64,000 nucleotides of DNA from Desulfuromonadales bacterium (lineage in GTDB: Bacteria > Desulfobacterota > Desulfuromonadia > Desulfuromonadales > SZUA-540): positions 1-64,000 of the forward strand of contig JAWSUS010000004.1 in NCBI GenBank assembly GCA_033549025.1, read 5' to 3'. The notes beneath the pieces were generated by a model. That model did not search any database. It had not been told where the DNA came from and saw only the letters and a list, made by a program, of their open reading frames with translations. This document shows, one piece after another, positions 9,692 through 22,273 of this stretch (position 1 is its first letter; each line of letters starts with the position of its first letter). The position numbers were made by a program, and so were the translations under genes.

Positions 9692-10459
9692 CTAAAACCC
9701 AGCTTTCGGCGTGACGGTCACGCGTTCCGAGAGGGCGCTTTCGACCTCGGTGGCCTGCTGCCGGACGATGAGACTGACGGCATAGGTCAGGGGCGTGCCG
9801 TTGTCGCGGCCGTAGTCTTCGAACCGGGGCTCGGTCAGGGGTTGCCGGTTGACCGGGGAGGCGGCGACCCGGGCGGGGTCGGCGTGACGATAAAGGCGAT
9901 AGCCGACCACCTCTCCTAAACTGGCGTCAAGAACCGGCGCTTCCCACTGCAGGCGCACGAGATGGTCCAGCCCTTCGGCCGTCAATCCGGCGGGAGCCGG
10001 CGGCGCCGGGTAGACGATGCGGCTCAGGCTGGACGGGGCGCCTTCGTGATCGCGCGCCGTAAAAGGCACGATGCGGTAGCGGTAGCCGGTTTCCGCCTGA
10101 ACCGCGTCATCCACATAGGTCAGGCGGCTGCCGTCCCGAATGACCCCGCGTGGATAATCGAGGTCGACCTCCGTCAGCAGCACGGACAGGTCGCGGCAGT
10201 CCGGGCATTCCTGCCCGGGGACGAAGGGCAGGCGGAAGAGGCGGAAACCCTGCAGATCGGTAAGGGGCGTGCCGTTCTGGTTCGCCGTCGGCACCTCCCA
10301 GGAGAGTCGCAGGGATTCCCCCTGCTGCTGCAGACTGACGTTGGCCGGGGCGGCCGGCAGGGGCAGCTCCAGAGGTCGCACCGGTCCCTTTTTGCCGCAG
10401 CCGGCCAGCAGGGCGGTCAGCAGCAGGGCAGTCAGGCCAAGGCAACGCAGCGTCTTCAT
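9692..10459 (-). CDS. Lipoprotein with LptM/YifL-like N-terminus and two fibronectin type III-like domains
   Basis: LLAG-CGKKGP lipobox motif; PAAPANV..LSWEVP..GFRLFR..YRYRI and PPAPAGL..LQWEAP..GYRLYR..YAVS FN3 patterns. Confidence 0.78.
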   Translation of the reverse strand: MKTLRCLGLTALLLTALLAGCGKKGPVRPLELPLPAAPANVSLQQQGESLRLSWEVPTANQNGTPLTDLQGFRLFRLPFVPGQECPDCRDLSVLLTEVDLDYPRGVIRDGSRLTYVDDAVQAETGYRYRIVPFTARDHEGAPSSLSRIVYPAPPAPAGLTAEGLDHLVRLQWEAPVLDASLGEVVGYRLYRHADPARVAASPVNRQPLTEPRFEDYGRDNGTPLTYAVSLIVRQQATEVESALSERVTVTPKAGF

Positions 10460-10464
10460 CGGGG

Positions 10465-11841
10465 CTAGACCAGTTCCTGGCGGGCGCGGGCGATCTCGCG
10501 CTCCACCGCTTCACGGGCGGTGCCGCCGGTAGCGCGGCGGGCGTTGACGGAGGCCTCCAGGGTGACGAAGTCGTAGATATCCTCGCCGATCAGCTCCGAG
10601 AACTGGCGGAATTCATCGAGGGTCAGCTCGGGGATGTCCTTGCCGTGCTCGATGCAGTAGCGCACCGTCTTGCCCACCACTTCGTGGGCCTGGCGGAAGG
10701 GCAGCCCCTTGCGCACGACGTAGTCGGCCACATCGGTGGCGGTGGAGAAGCCGCGGGCGGCGGCCACTCGCATGTTCTCGGCCTGCACCTTCATCTCGGC
10801 GATCATGTCGGCGAAGATCTTCAAACTCCCCTTGACGGTGTCGATGGTGTCGAACAGGGGCTCCTTGTCTTCCTGCATGTCCTTGTTGTAGGCCAGCGGC
10901 AGGGACTTCATCAGGGTCAGCAGACTGATGAGGTTGCCGTAGACCCGGCCGGTCTTGCCGCGCACCAGCTCGGGGACGTCGGGGTTCTTCTTCTGCGGCA
11001 TGATGCTGCTGCCAGTGCAGAAGGCGTCGGTGAGCTCGATAAAGTGGAAGTCGGCGGAGGACCAGAGGATGAGCTCTTCCGACAGGCGGGAGAGGTGCAT
11101 CATCAGGATGGCGCTGGCGCCGCAGAACTCCAGGGCGAAATCGCGATCGGAGACCGAATCGAGGCTATTGCGCGTGACGCCGTCGAAGCCAAGCTGTTCG
11201 GCGACGAATTCGCGGTCGATGGGGAAGGTGGTCCCGGCCAGGGCCCCGGCCCCGAGGGGGAGCACGTTGAGGCGCTTGAGCACGTCGGTGATGCGGCCGG
11301 CGTCGCGCTTGATCATCTCGAAATAGGCGAGCATGTGGTGGGAGAAGAGCACCGGCTGCGCCGTCTGCAGATGGGTATAGCCGGGCATGATGACCGCCAG
11401 GTTCTGCTCGGCCTGCTGCAGCAGCGACTCCTGCAGGCGGCGCAGGTAGCCCAGGATCTCCTTGAGCTCGTCGCGCAGGTAGAGGCGTACGTCCAGAGCC
11501 ACCTGGTCATTGCGGGAGCGGGCCGTGTGCAGCTTGCCGCCGACGGCACCGATGCGCTCGATAAGGCGGGCCTCGATGTTCATGTGGATGTCTTCCAGGG
11601 AGACCTTGAAGGCGAAATTGCCCGCTTCGATGTCGGCCAGGATGCCCTCCAGACCGCCGATGATCTGCTCGGCGTCCTCGGCGCCGATGATGCCCTGACG
11701 GGCCAGCATGCGGGCGTGGGCGATGGAGCCCTGGATATCGTAGCGGTACATGCGTTTGTCGAAATCGATGGAGGCGGTGAACTCTTCCACAAATTTGTCG
11801 GTGGGCTGGGTAAAGCGCCCGGCCCAGGGTTTTTCACTCAT
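10465..11841 (-). CDS. argH: Argininosuccinate lyase
   Basis: [27 protein letters not shown] and [12 protein letters not shown]. Confidence 0.97.
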   Translation of the reverse strand: MSEKPWAGRFTQPTDKFVEEFTASIDFDKRMYRYDIQGSIAHARMLARQGIIGAEDAEQIIGGLEGILADIEAGNFAFKVSLEDIHMNIEARLIERIGAVGGKLHTARSRNDQVALDVRLYLRDELKEILGYLRRLQESLLQQAEQNLAVIMPGYTHLQTAQPVLFSHHMLAYFEMIKRDAGRITDVLKRLNVLPLGAGALAGTTFPIDREFVAEQLGFDGVTRNSLDSVSDRDFALEFCGASAILMMHLSRLSEELILWSSADFHFIELTDAFCTGSSIMPQKKNPDVPELVRGKTGRVYGNLISLLTLMKSLPLAYNKDMQEDKEPLFDTIDTVKGSLKIFADMIAEMKVQAENMRVAAARGFSTATDVADYVVRKGLPFRQAHEVVGKTVRYCIEHGKDIPELTLDEFRQFSELIGEDIYDFVTLEASVNARRATGGTAREAVEREIARARQELV

Positions 11842-11903
11842 GATGTCTGTGCTCCATTTCAAGGTTTCATGGCGGTCCCGGGGGACCGTCTCAGTTTGAA
11901 CCG

Positions 11904-13031
11904 TTATTCGCTAAAAACGCGCTGCCAGCCCTGGTTATCGTCGGGCTGGAAAATGCTGTGCACCCGTAGCGGAACCCGCGTGGTGCGTGGATCGAGCTCA
12001 TGGAAAACCGGCAGGTTGAAGTAGTAGAGGCGGGTACCGGTGCCGAAGCGCATGCGGCAGACGGGGAGACCGCCGAAGTCGTCGGTCTCGAACTCGGCGA
12101 ACTGCTTCTGCTTCATCTTGTGATTCTCGTGGATGATGACCGAGGAGCGCCCGAAGGTGGCTTCGGGGGTGCTGCCGCTGCCCGTGGTCTCGTCCGAGGT
12201 GTTGCAGAAGACGGTGATCGAGTCGCGCACGCCGGGATGCTGCGACAGGTACTCGCCGTAGTAGCCGTTGACCACGTCGCGAAAGGCGCGGTGTTCGGGT
12301 TTGGGGTTGCACTCGAGGACCGCCAGCAGGTCGAGGCGCTGGCGCGTCTGAAAAAAGAGTTCGTTGGCCTTGTCGATCAGGACGCTGATGTTCGACTGGT
12401 AGATGGTGCGGTAGATGTAGTCGAAGCAGATCAGAGCCATGAAGTTGAAGGGGTTGGGGTGGCAGTGGAACAGAGGAAAGACCTTGCCCCGATAGAGATC
12501 GTGCAGGGCGTCGGGGTTCTCCTCGGCAAAGTAGGGGTGGCTCTTGGCTTCGAGAAAGACCCGGACCTTGCCATCGGCCTCCTTGACGGCGATGACCGCC
12601 CAGTTGGCCGGCAGCTGCTCCACGTCGCCCGCATCGATATCTTCGAGCACCTGGGCCAGCGCCTCGGCGTTGTCCTCCCGATAGCGTTCGAGCACCTCTC
12701 GATAATCGGCCAGCGTCGTGTGCTCGACCCCGAACATGGTCACCGTGTTGTTGTGAAAGCGGTTGCGGATGAGATCCAGCGCTTCCTCCACCCGCTCGGC
12801 CGGTACCGTGGATTCGGGAAAGAGCAGAAAATGGAGCTTCTTGAGGTTGCCTTCACCCGCGGCCACCATTTCCAGGACCGAGCGGACCATCTCCCAGCTG
12901 GTCGTGGGTTCGGTCAGCCGGCACAGATGCTCCTTGCGCGACAGCCAGGTGGGCAGCTGGCAGACCATGCAGTGCAGATGGTGCCCCCAGGGGAATTCGA
13001 CCGACAGATTTTTCTCGACGATGCGGAACAT
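11904..13031 (-). CDS. Conserved hypothetical protein; probable divergent carbon-nitrogen hydrolase (nitrilase superfamily) fold
   Basis: LLFPE (E73), EAKSHP (K163) and ALICFD (C202) in nitrilase triad order. Host-like codon usage, inside the arg operon. Confidence 0.6.
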   Translation of the reverse strand: MFRIVEKNLSVEFPWGHHLHCMVCQLPTWLSRKEHLCRLTEPTTSWEMVRSVLEMVAAGEGNLKKLHFLLFPESTVPAERVEEALDLIRNRFHNNTVTMFGVEHTTLADYREVLERYREDNAEALAQVLEDIDAGDVEQLPANWAVIAVKEADGKVRVFLEAKSHPYFAEENPDALHDLYRGKVFPLFHCHPNPFNFMALICFDYIYRTIYQSNISVLIDKANELFFQTRQRLDLLAVLECNPKPEHRAFRDVVNGYYGEYLSQHPGVRDSITVFCNTSDETTGSGSTPEATFGRSSVIIHENHKMKQKQFAEFETDDFGGLPVCRMRFGTGTRLYYFNLPVFHELDPRTTRVPLRVHSIFQPDDNQGWQRVFSE

Positions 13032-13045
13032 GGCCGGCTTTCAGG

Positions 13046-13540
13046 TCAGGGCGAAGGGAAGGTGCCGCCGGGAATCTCGTTTTCGATGGCGCCGAGCGGT
13101 GGCGCCTCCGCCTCGGGAAAGAGGCCGGGATAGATCTTGCCCAGGATATGCCGGGTGCCGGCCGGAATGCTCAGCGCCGACAGGTCCTCTCGTCCGACCC
13201 AGCGGGCTTCCGTGCATTCGCTGCCGTTGGGCTGCAGCTCGAAGGTCAGCGGCGCGCAGCGATAGTAGAGGATGATGAAATGATCGTTGCGCTCCCCGAT
13301 GCCCAGGCGTTCAAAGACATCAATGAGGCCCTCGACCCGCACCGCGATGCCGACCTCTTCCTGCACCTCCCGGTGCAGGGCCTCCAGGATCGGTTCGCCA
13401 TGGTCGATCTTTCCCCCGGGCATCACCCACTGACTGCAGAACGGCTCAATGCAGCGGCGGGTGAGCAGAATGCGCTCCTGCTCATCGATGATACAGGCGA
13501 CCACCGAGGTCTTGATCTGGGGCTGTTTGGCGAATTCCAT
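13046..13540 (-). CDS. Nudix hydrolase
   Basis: Nudix box GGKIDHGEPILEALHREVQEEVGI. Confidence 0.9.
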   Translation of the reverse strand: MEFAKQPQIKTSVVACIIDEQERILLTRRCIEPFCSQWVMPGGKIDHGEPILEALHREVQEEVGIAVRVEGLIDVFERLGIGERNDHFIILYYRCAPLTFELQPNGSECTEARWVGREDLSALSIPAGTRHILGKIYPGLFPEAEAPPLGAIENEIPGGTFPSP

Positions 13541-13549
13541 TGGGGTTCC

Positions 13550-13614
13550 GTGAGAGGTGACGCGTGAGGGGTGAGGAGCAAGGCCTTTTCGCCTCACCCC
13601 TCACCCCAGACACC
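13550..13614. repeat. Heptanucleotide tandem repeats arranged as an inverted pair (hairpin)
   Basis: GTGAGAG GTGACGC GTGAGGG GTGAGGA ... GCCTCAC CCCTCAC CCCAGAC between argG and the Nudix gene. Confidence 0.7.
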
Positions 13615-14835
13615 TTACTTTTTGTGCTGACGCTGAATGGCGGCGATGCGCAGGCGCAGGGCGTTGAGCTTGATGAAGCCCTCGGCGTCGGCCTGGTTGT
13701 AGACATCGTCCGCCTCGAAGGTGGCGAAATCGACGTTGAACAGGCTGTCGCTGGCCGAATCGCGGCCGACCGTGCGGCAGTGCCCCTTGTAGAGCTTGAC
13801 GCGGGCCTTGCCGTTAACGGTCTGCTGGGTCTGGTCGATCATCGTCTGCAGGGCGATGCGCTCCGGGGCGAACCAGAAGCCGTTGTAGATCATGCTGGCA
13901 TACTGGGGAACCAGAGAGTCGCGCAGGTGCATGACTTCGCGGTCCATGGTGATGGACTCGACGGCGCGATGGGCCTCTTCGAGAATGGTGCCGCCCGGGG
14001 TCTCGTAGACGCCGCGGCTCTTCATGCCAACGAAGCGGTTTTCCATGAGGTCGACGCGGCCGATACCGTGCTTGCCGCCGAGCTCGTTGAGTTTGGCCAG
14101 CAGCTTGGCGGGGGAGAGGCGCTCGCCATTGACGGCGACGGCGTCGCCCTTTTCGAACTCGATCTCGACGTATTCAGGCTGGTCAGGAGCGTCCTCGGGG
14201 CGCTGGGTCAGCACGTACATCTCTTCGGGCGCCTCGGCCCAGGGGTTCTCCAGGATGTCCCCTTCAAAGGAGATGTGCAGCAGGTTGCGGTCGGAGCTCC
14301 AGGGGAACTTCTTGCTGGTGGGGACGGGAATGCCGTGCTTCTTGGCGTAGTTCTCCAGGGCGGTGCGGCTCTTCATGTCCCACTCGCGCCAAGGGGCGAT
14401 GACCTTGATGGCGGGGTCGAAGTGGTAGTAGGCGATTTCGAAGCGCACCTGGTCGTTGCCCTTGCCAGTGGCACCGTGGGAGACGGCGTCGGCACCTTCC
14501 TTGGCGGCGACCTCCATCTGGGCCTTGGCGATCAGCGGCCGGGCGATGGAGGTGCCGAGGAAGTAGCGCCCTTCGTAGATGGCGTTGGCGCGGAACATGG
14601 GGAAGACGAAGTCGCGGGCAAATTCTTCCTTGAGGTCAAGGATGTGGCAGCTGCTGGCGCCGGTCTTCTTGGCTTTCTCGGGGATATGATCAAGCTCTTC
14701 GCCCTGGCCGAGATCGGCGGAGTAGGCCACGACTTCGCAGTCATACTCCTCGGTGAGCCATTTGAGAATGATGGAGGTGTCCAGACCGCCGGAATAGGCG
14801 AGGACGACTTTTTTGACGCTGCTTTTCTTGGACAT
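13615..14835 (-). CDS. argG: Argininosuccinate synthase
   Basis: [31 protein letters not shown] and [12 protein letters not shown]. Confidence 0.97.
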   Translation of the reverse strand: MSKKSSVKKVVLAYSGGLDTSIILKWLTEEYDCEVVAYSADLGQGEELDHIPEKAKKTGASSCHILDLKEEFARDFVFPMFRANAIYEGRYFLGTSIARPLIAKAQMEVAAKEGADAVSHGATGKGNDQVRFEIAYYHFDPAIKVIAPWREWDMKSRTALENYAKKHGIPVPTSKKFPWSSDRNLLHISFEGDILENPWAEAPEEMYVLTQRPEDAPDQPEYVEIEFEKGDAVAVNGERLSPAKLLAKLNELGGKHGIGRVDLMENRFVGMKSRGVYETPGGTILEEAHRAVESITMDREVMHLRDSLVPQYASMIYNGFWFAPERIALQTMIDQTQQTVNGKARVKLYKGHCRTVGRDSASDSLFNVDFATFEADDVYNQADAEGFIKLNALRLRIAAIQRQHKK

Positions 14836-14909
14836 ATGGATCTCCTGGTTCGATGAATGGGAGGCGAGGCGCTGGGCGAAGAAGGATGCCGTGCCCGTTC
14901 TCCTGGTTT

Positions 14910-15647
14910 CTACAACTTTATAACATAGGTGCCGGCGATTTTATCGTGCAGGCCCTGTTTTTGCGAATCAAAGGCCACCATGAGGTAGCCGATGCCCAGC
15001 AGGATGCTGGAGACGAACTTGCCGATGGTCTCCCGCAGGAAGGCCGAACTGTAGCCGATATTGGCGCCGTCGGTGCAGATGACCTTGATGCGCACCGCCA
15101 TCTTGCCCGGGGTCTGGCCGCAGTAGCCGGTAAAGAAGACATAGTAGGCCACGGCCAGAACCATGCCGAACAATCCGGTGGTCAAACCCAGCATCAGGTT
15201 CCCTTCGCCGGAGAGATCACCGCCAGCCAGGCCGGCTGTCAGCCCGAGGATGAAGCCGAGCACCATCTGTACGACGGTCACCAGAATAGAATCGACCACG
15301 GAGGCGATGACGCGCACCCAGAAGCCGGCCTTGGGGAGCTCCGCTGCCGTGGGCGCGGCCGCCGCTGACGTTGCGGGCAAATCCTGAGCCAGTTGGTGCT
15401 GGCGCTGCTGCCATTTCTCATAGACGATGCCGCACCCCCGGCAGGAATCACCGACCGGCTGCTCAAGTCCGCAGGCCGGGCAGGTGATTTGCTTCGGCGG
15501 GGTTGCCGGCTGGGGGGATCTCTCTGCGGTGGCGTTGAAGGTAAAGACCTGACGACACTTCGGACAGGTCACCCGCGTCGGTCCGGCGGGAACTTTGGAC
15601 GGGTCGACGTCGCGGGAAAAATCGCAGTGGGGGCAGCGGATGTTCAT
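14910..15647 (-). CDS. Double zinc-ribbon plus RDD-family membrane protein
   Basis: CPHC/CPKC and CPAC/CRGC pairs; [20 protein letters not shown] and [14 protein letters not shown] motifs. Confidence 0.85.
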   Translation of the reverse strand: MNIRCPHCDFSRDVDPSKVPAGPTRVTCPKCRQVFTFNATAERSPQPATPPKQITCPACGLEQPVGDSCRGCGIVYEKWQQRQHQLAQDLPATSAAAAPTAAELPKAGFWVRVIASVVDSILVTVVQMVLGFILGLTAGLAGGDLSGEGNLMLGLTTGLFGMVLAVAYYVFFTGYCGQTPGKMAVRIKVICTDGANIGYSSAFLRETIGKFVSSILLGIGYLMVAFDSQKQGLHDKIAGTYVIKL

Positions 15648-15667
15648 GATCTCTCCGGAATACGGCT

Positions 15668-16576
15668 TCAGGCCATGAGGGTCGCCATGATGGCCTTCTG
15701 CACATGCAGGCGGTTCTCGGCTTCGTCAAAGACTACCGAGTGGGGGCCTTCGATGACAGAGTCGGTGATCTCCTCGCCGCGATGAGCCGGCAGGCAGTGC
15801 AGCACGATGCAGTCGGCCGCCGCCGCAGCCACTACCTCGTCATTGAGCTGAAAGCCGACAAAGGCCTGCTCCCGCTCTTTCTGCTCGGCCTCCTGGCCCA
15901 TGCTTGCCCAGACATCGGTATTGAGCACCTGGGCGCCGCGGGCGGCCTCCAGGGGATCATGGGTGTAAAGGACGTTGGCCCCGAGTTCTTTGGCCCGGGC
16001 CACGACGGCGGCATCGGGTTCGTAGCCTTTGGGCGTGGCGACCCGCAGCTCAAAACCAAAGACGGCGGCGGCGTTGATCCAGCTGTGCGCCATGTTGTTG
16101 CCGTCGCCAATCCAGCAGTAGCTCAGGTCCTGGTAACTCCCCTTGTGTTCGATGACGGTGAAGAGGTCGGCCATGATCTGGCAGGGGTGATAGCTGTCGG
16201 TCAGGCCGTTGATAATGGGGATATCCGACCAGCGGGCCAGCTCTTCGACGCCGGCCTGGGAGAACGTCCGGATCATGATGCCGTCGACGTAGCGGGACAT
16301 GACGCGGGCGGTATCCTTGATCGGTTCGCCGCGGCCGAGCTGGGTCGTGCCCGAGTGCAGAAAGAGGGCATGGCCGCCGAGCTGGTACATTCCCACCTCG
16401 AAGGAAACCCGGGTGCGGGTGGAACTCTTCTCAAAAATCATCCCCAGGGTCTTGCCCTTGAGGAGGTGATGTTCTTCGCCGCGCTGCTGTTTGGCCTTGA
16501 GGTCGCGGGTCAGGTCGAAGATCTGGTCCAGTTCGTCGCGGCTCCAGTCGGTGAGAGCCAGAAAGTCTTTTTTCAC
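15668..16576 (-). CDS. argF: Ornithine carbamoyltransferase
   Basis: FEKSSTRTR, HPCQ, GDGNNM, WASMG, HCLP and EAENRLH. Confidence 0.96.
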   Translation of the reverse strand: MKKDFLALTDWSRDELDQIFDLTRDLKAKQQRGEEHHLLKGKTLGMIFEKSSTRTRVSFEVGMYQLGGHALFLHSGTTQLGRGEPIKDTARVMSRYVDGIMIRTFSQAGVEELARWSDIPIINGLTDSYHPCQIMADLFTVIEHKGSYQDLSYCWIGDGNNMAHSWINAAAVFGFELRVATPKGYEPDAAVVARAKELGANVLYTHDPLEAARGAQVLNTDVWASMGQEAEQKEREQAFVGFQLNDEVVAAAAADCIVLHCLPAHRGEEITDSVIEGPHSVVFDEAENRLHVQKAIMATLMA

Positions 16577-16631
16577 AGTGCTACTCCTGGGATAGATGAA
16601 TCAGGGCCGGCGGCTACGGCTGGCCGCCCTC

Positions 16632-20080
<3,449 letters not shown>

Positions 20081-20084
<4 letters not shown>

Positions 20085-20611
20085 GACAAAGACTCGATGA
20101 GGATGTGGTCGTTGGTGTAAATGCAGATGCCCGCAGCGATTTTCATGGCTTCCTCGACGATCTGCCCGGCGGCAAGAGGCGAGTGGGCCACCAGGGCGCG
20201 AGCCGCCGCCTGGGCAAAGGCGCCGCCGGAACCGATGGCGGCGACGCCGTCGTCGGGCTCAATGACGTCCCCGGCTCCGGAAAGAACCAGGGTGGTTTCT
20301 TTGTCCGCCACGATGAGCAGGGCCTCAAGGCGGCGCAGTACGCGGTCGGTGCGCCAGTCTTTGGCCAGGGAAACGGCGGCGCGCGGCAGGTTGCCGCGGT
20401 ACTCCTGCAGCTTGGCTTCAAATTTTTCAAAGAGGGTGAAGGCGTCGGCGGTGCTGCCGGCAAAACCGGCCAGAACCTGGTCGTTATACATGCGGCGGAT
20501 CTTGCGGGCGCCGTGCTTCATGACGGTGTTGCCCAGGGTCACCTGCCCGTCGCCGGCCAGGGCGACGTCACCATCTTTTCTGACACAGACAATCGTTGTT
20601 CCGCGAAACAT
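20081..20611 (-). CDS. hslV: ATP-dependent protease peptidase subunit HslV
   Basis: [33 protein letters not shown] and IGSGG. Confidence 0.97.
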
Positions 20612-20764
20612 AGCTTCTCCCTTTCATCAGGACTCCGGCAAGGTTTTGTCACCGAAGAAAATAGCGCGAATATAGCACAGAGACCAGGGCAAAAAAAGAA
20701 AAATGCCGCCGCAGACCCCATCCAAAGGCGGCTGGAATCCGAGGCGGCAGGTCCATTGTCGCCA

Positions 20765-21880
20765 TCAGCGTGGAAAGCTCAGCGTGACCGTCGTGCCGAT
20801 GCCCGGCTGACTCTCGATCTGGATCGTCCCCTGATGGGCCTGGATGAATTCCCGCGCATAGTGAAGGCCCAGACCGAAACCCCGGATCTGCCCGGTATGG
20901 GCGGGGTCTACCTGGTAGAACTTTTCGAAAATTTTGGGCAGGTTTTCCTTGGCGATCCCCTCGCCGTTATCCTCAATTATCAGGACCAGCCGGTCGGCCT
21001 CTACGGCGCCGCTCAGCTGAATGGTTCCTCCCGCCGGGGTGAATTTCACGGCGTTGTCCAGCAGGGCCCGCAGGGCGAAATTCAGTCGCTCTCGGTCCAG
21101 TTCCATGTCGGGAAAATCACCCTGAATGCTCTCGCTCAGAGTGATCCCTTTGCGTTGGGAGGCGTACTTGAGCTGGTGAAAAACGCCCAGCGCCAGGTCC
21201 TTGAGATTGCACGCCGTCAGGGTCGGCGGCCCGTCCTGTAGAATGACGTCGCTGTAGTAGAGCAGGTCCTGGATGAGAGTGGCCAGGTATTCCGACTCTT
21301 CCAGAATGAGATGGAGGGTCTGGGCGAAGTCGGGATCCGATTTGTCCAGGGAACCGTAGGCGAGATTCTGGATGAACAGGGAGATGGCGGTGGCCGGCGT
21401 TTTGAGCTTGTGGGAGACCAGACCGAGAAAATCGGATTTGAGCCGGTCCATGCGCTGGAGATGGAGCAGCTCTTCCTTGAGGGCCTTCTTTTCCAGAACA
21501 TTGTCCAGGGTGGTCTTGAGCTGCAGCATGTTGATCGGCTTGCTGATGAAGTCATCGGCGTCGGCCTTTAGGGCCCGCAGGATGACGTTCTTCTCGCTGT
21601 AGCCGGTCATGACCACCACGGCCTTGTTGGGGTCCTCCCGTTTGATGGCTTCCAGCAGGTCGAGACCGTTCATGTTCGGCATCATGACGTCGGTGAGAAC
21701 GACATCGATATTTTCTCTTTTCAGGACCTCCAGAGCCTCAAGGCCGTCGGTTGCCAGAAAAACCCGGTAGCCGTCCAGAACCATGGCGCACATGTCGCGG
21801 ATGACTTTTTCGTCATCGACGATCAGGATGCCGCGCCCCGAAAATTCAGGGTGTAAGGAAGGTTTTCTGCCTGAATTCAC
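20765..21880 (-). CDS. Hybrid receiver / HisKA / HATPase protein with atypical H-box
   Basis: REC (IVDD, TDVMMP, TG, KP); H-box SHKLKTP; NAVKFT, DNGEGI, FEKFYQ and GFGLGL. Confidence 0.9.
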   Translation of the reverse strand: MNSGRKPSLHPEFSGRGILIVDDEKVIRDMCAMVLDGYRVFLATDGLEALEVLKRENIDVVLTDVMMPNMNGLDLLEAIKREDPNKAVVVMTGYSEKNVILRALKADADDFISKPINMLQLKTTLDNVLEKKALKEELLHLQRMDRLKSDFLGLVSHKLKTPATAISLFIQNLAYGSLDKSDPDFAQTLHLILEESEYLATLIQDLLYYSDVILQDGPPTLTACNLKDLALGVFHQLKYASQRKGITLSESIQGDFPDMELDRERLNFALRALLDNAVKFTPAGGTIQLSGAVEADRLVLIIEDNGEGIAKENLPKIFEKFYQVDPAHTGQIRGFGLGLHYAREFIQAHQGTIQIESQPGIGTTVTLSFPR

Positions 21881-21899
21881 GGGCCATCTCCGCTAAGGG

Positions 21900-22244
21900 T
21901 TACTTCAAGGGAGGGGTGAAAAGGGCCAACAGTTCCACCGGCTCGCTGCCGTTGTTTTTGAGGCCGTGGGTGACGCCGGAAGGCGCCACGCAGCAGCTGC
22001 CGGCACCGACGACGGTTTTTTCAGCGCCCATGGTGCACACCGCCTCGCCGGAGAGGATATAAAACGTTTCCGCCTGTCCGTCGTGGGTGTGGGGAAAAAT
22101 TTCGCCGCCGGGGGCGATTTCCCCCCGGTGTACGGACAGGGCCGGGTTGAGCGCGGCCGTGACCACATCCCGCAGGGTAAAGCCGTCGTGCTTGGGATGG
22201 GGATAGCTCGCCTGTTCTTGGGTCTGGACAATGGTGCCTGACAT
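21900..22244 (-). CDS. Cupin domain protein
   Basis: PHTH...ETFYILSG and PSGVTHG cupin motifs. Confidence 0.85.
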   Translation of the reverse strand: MSGTIVQTQEQASYPHPKHDGFTLRDVVTAALNPALSVHRGEIAPGGEIFPHTHDGQAETFYILSGEAVCTMGAEKTVVGAGSCCVAPSGVTHGLKNNGSEPVELLALFTPPLK

Positions 22245-22273
22245 GGGGCTCTCCTGTTATATGAGCAGGTGGA

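Noticed and set aside
11904..13540. Nitrilase plus Nudix pair as an anti-phage defence system
   Set aside because: Such domains occur in defence systems, but here GC and codon usage are host-like, there is no reverse transcriptase or mobile context, and the genes sit inside a core operon.
20612..20764. CIRCE or sigma32 element upstream of hslV
   Set aside because: Only a partial TAGCAC half-site; no inverted partner and no clear sigma32 boxes.
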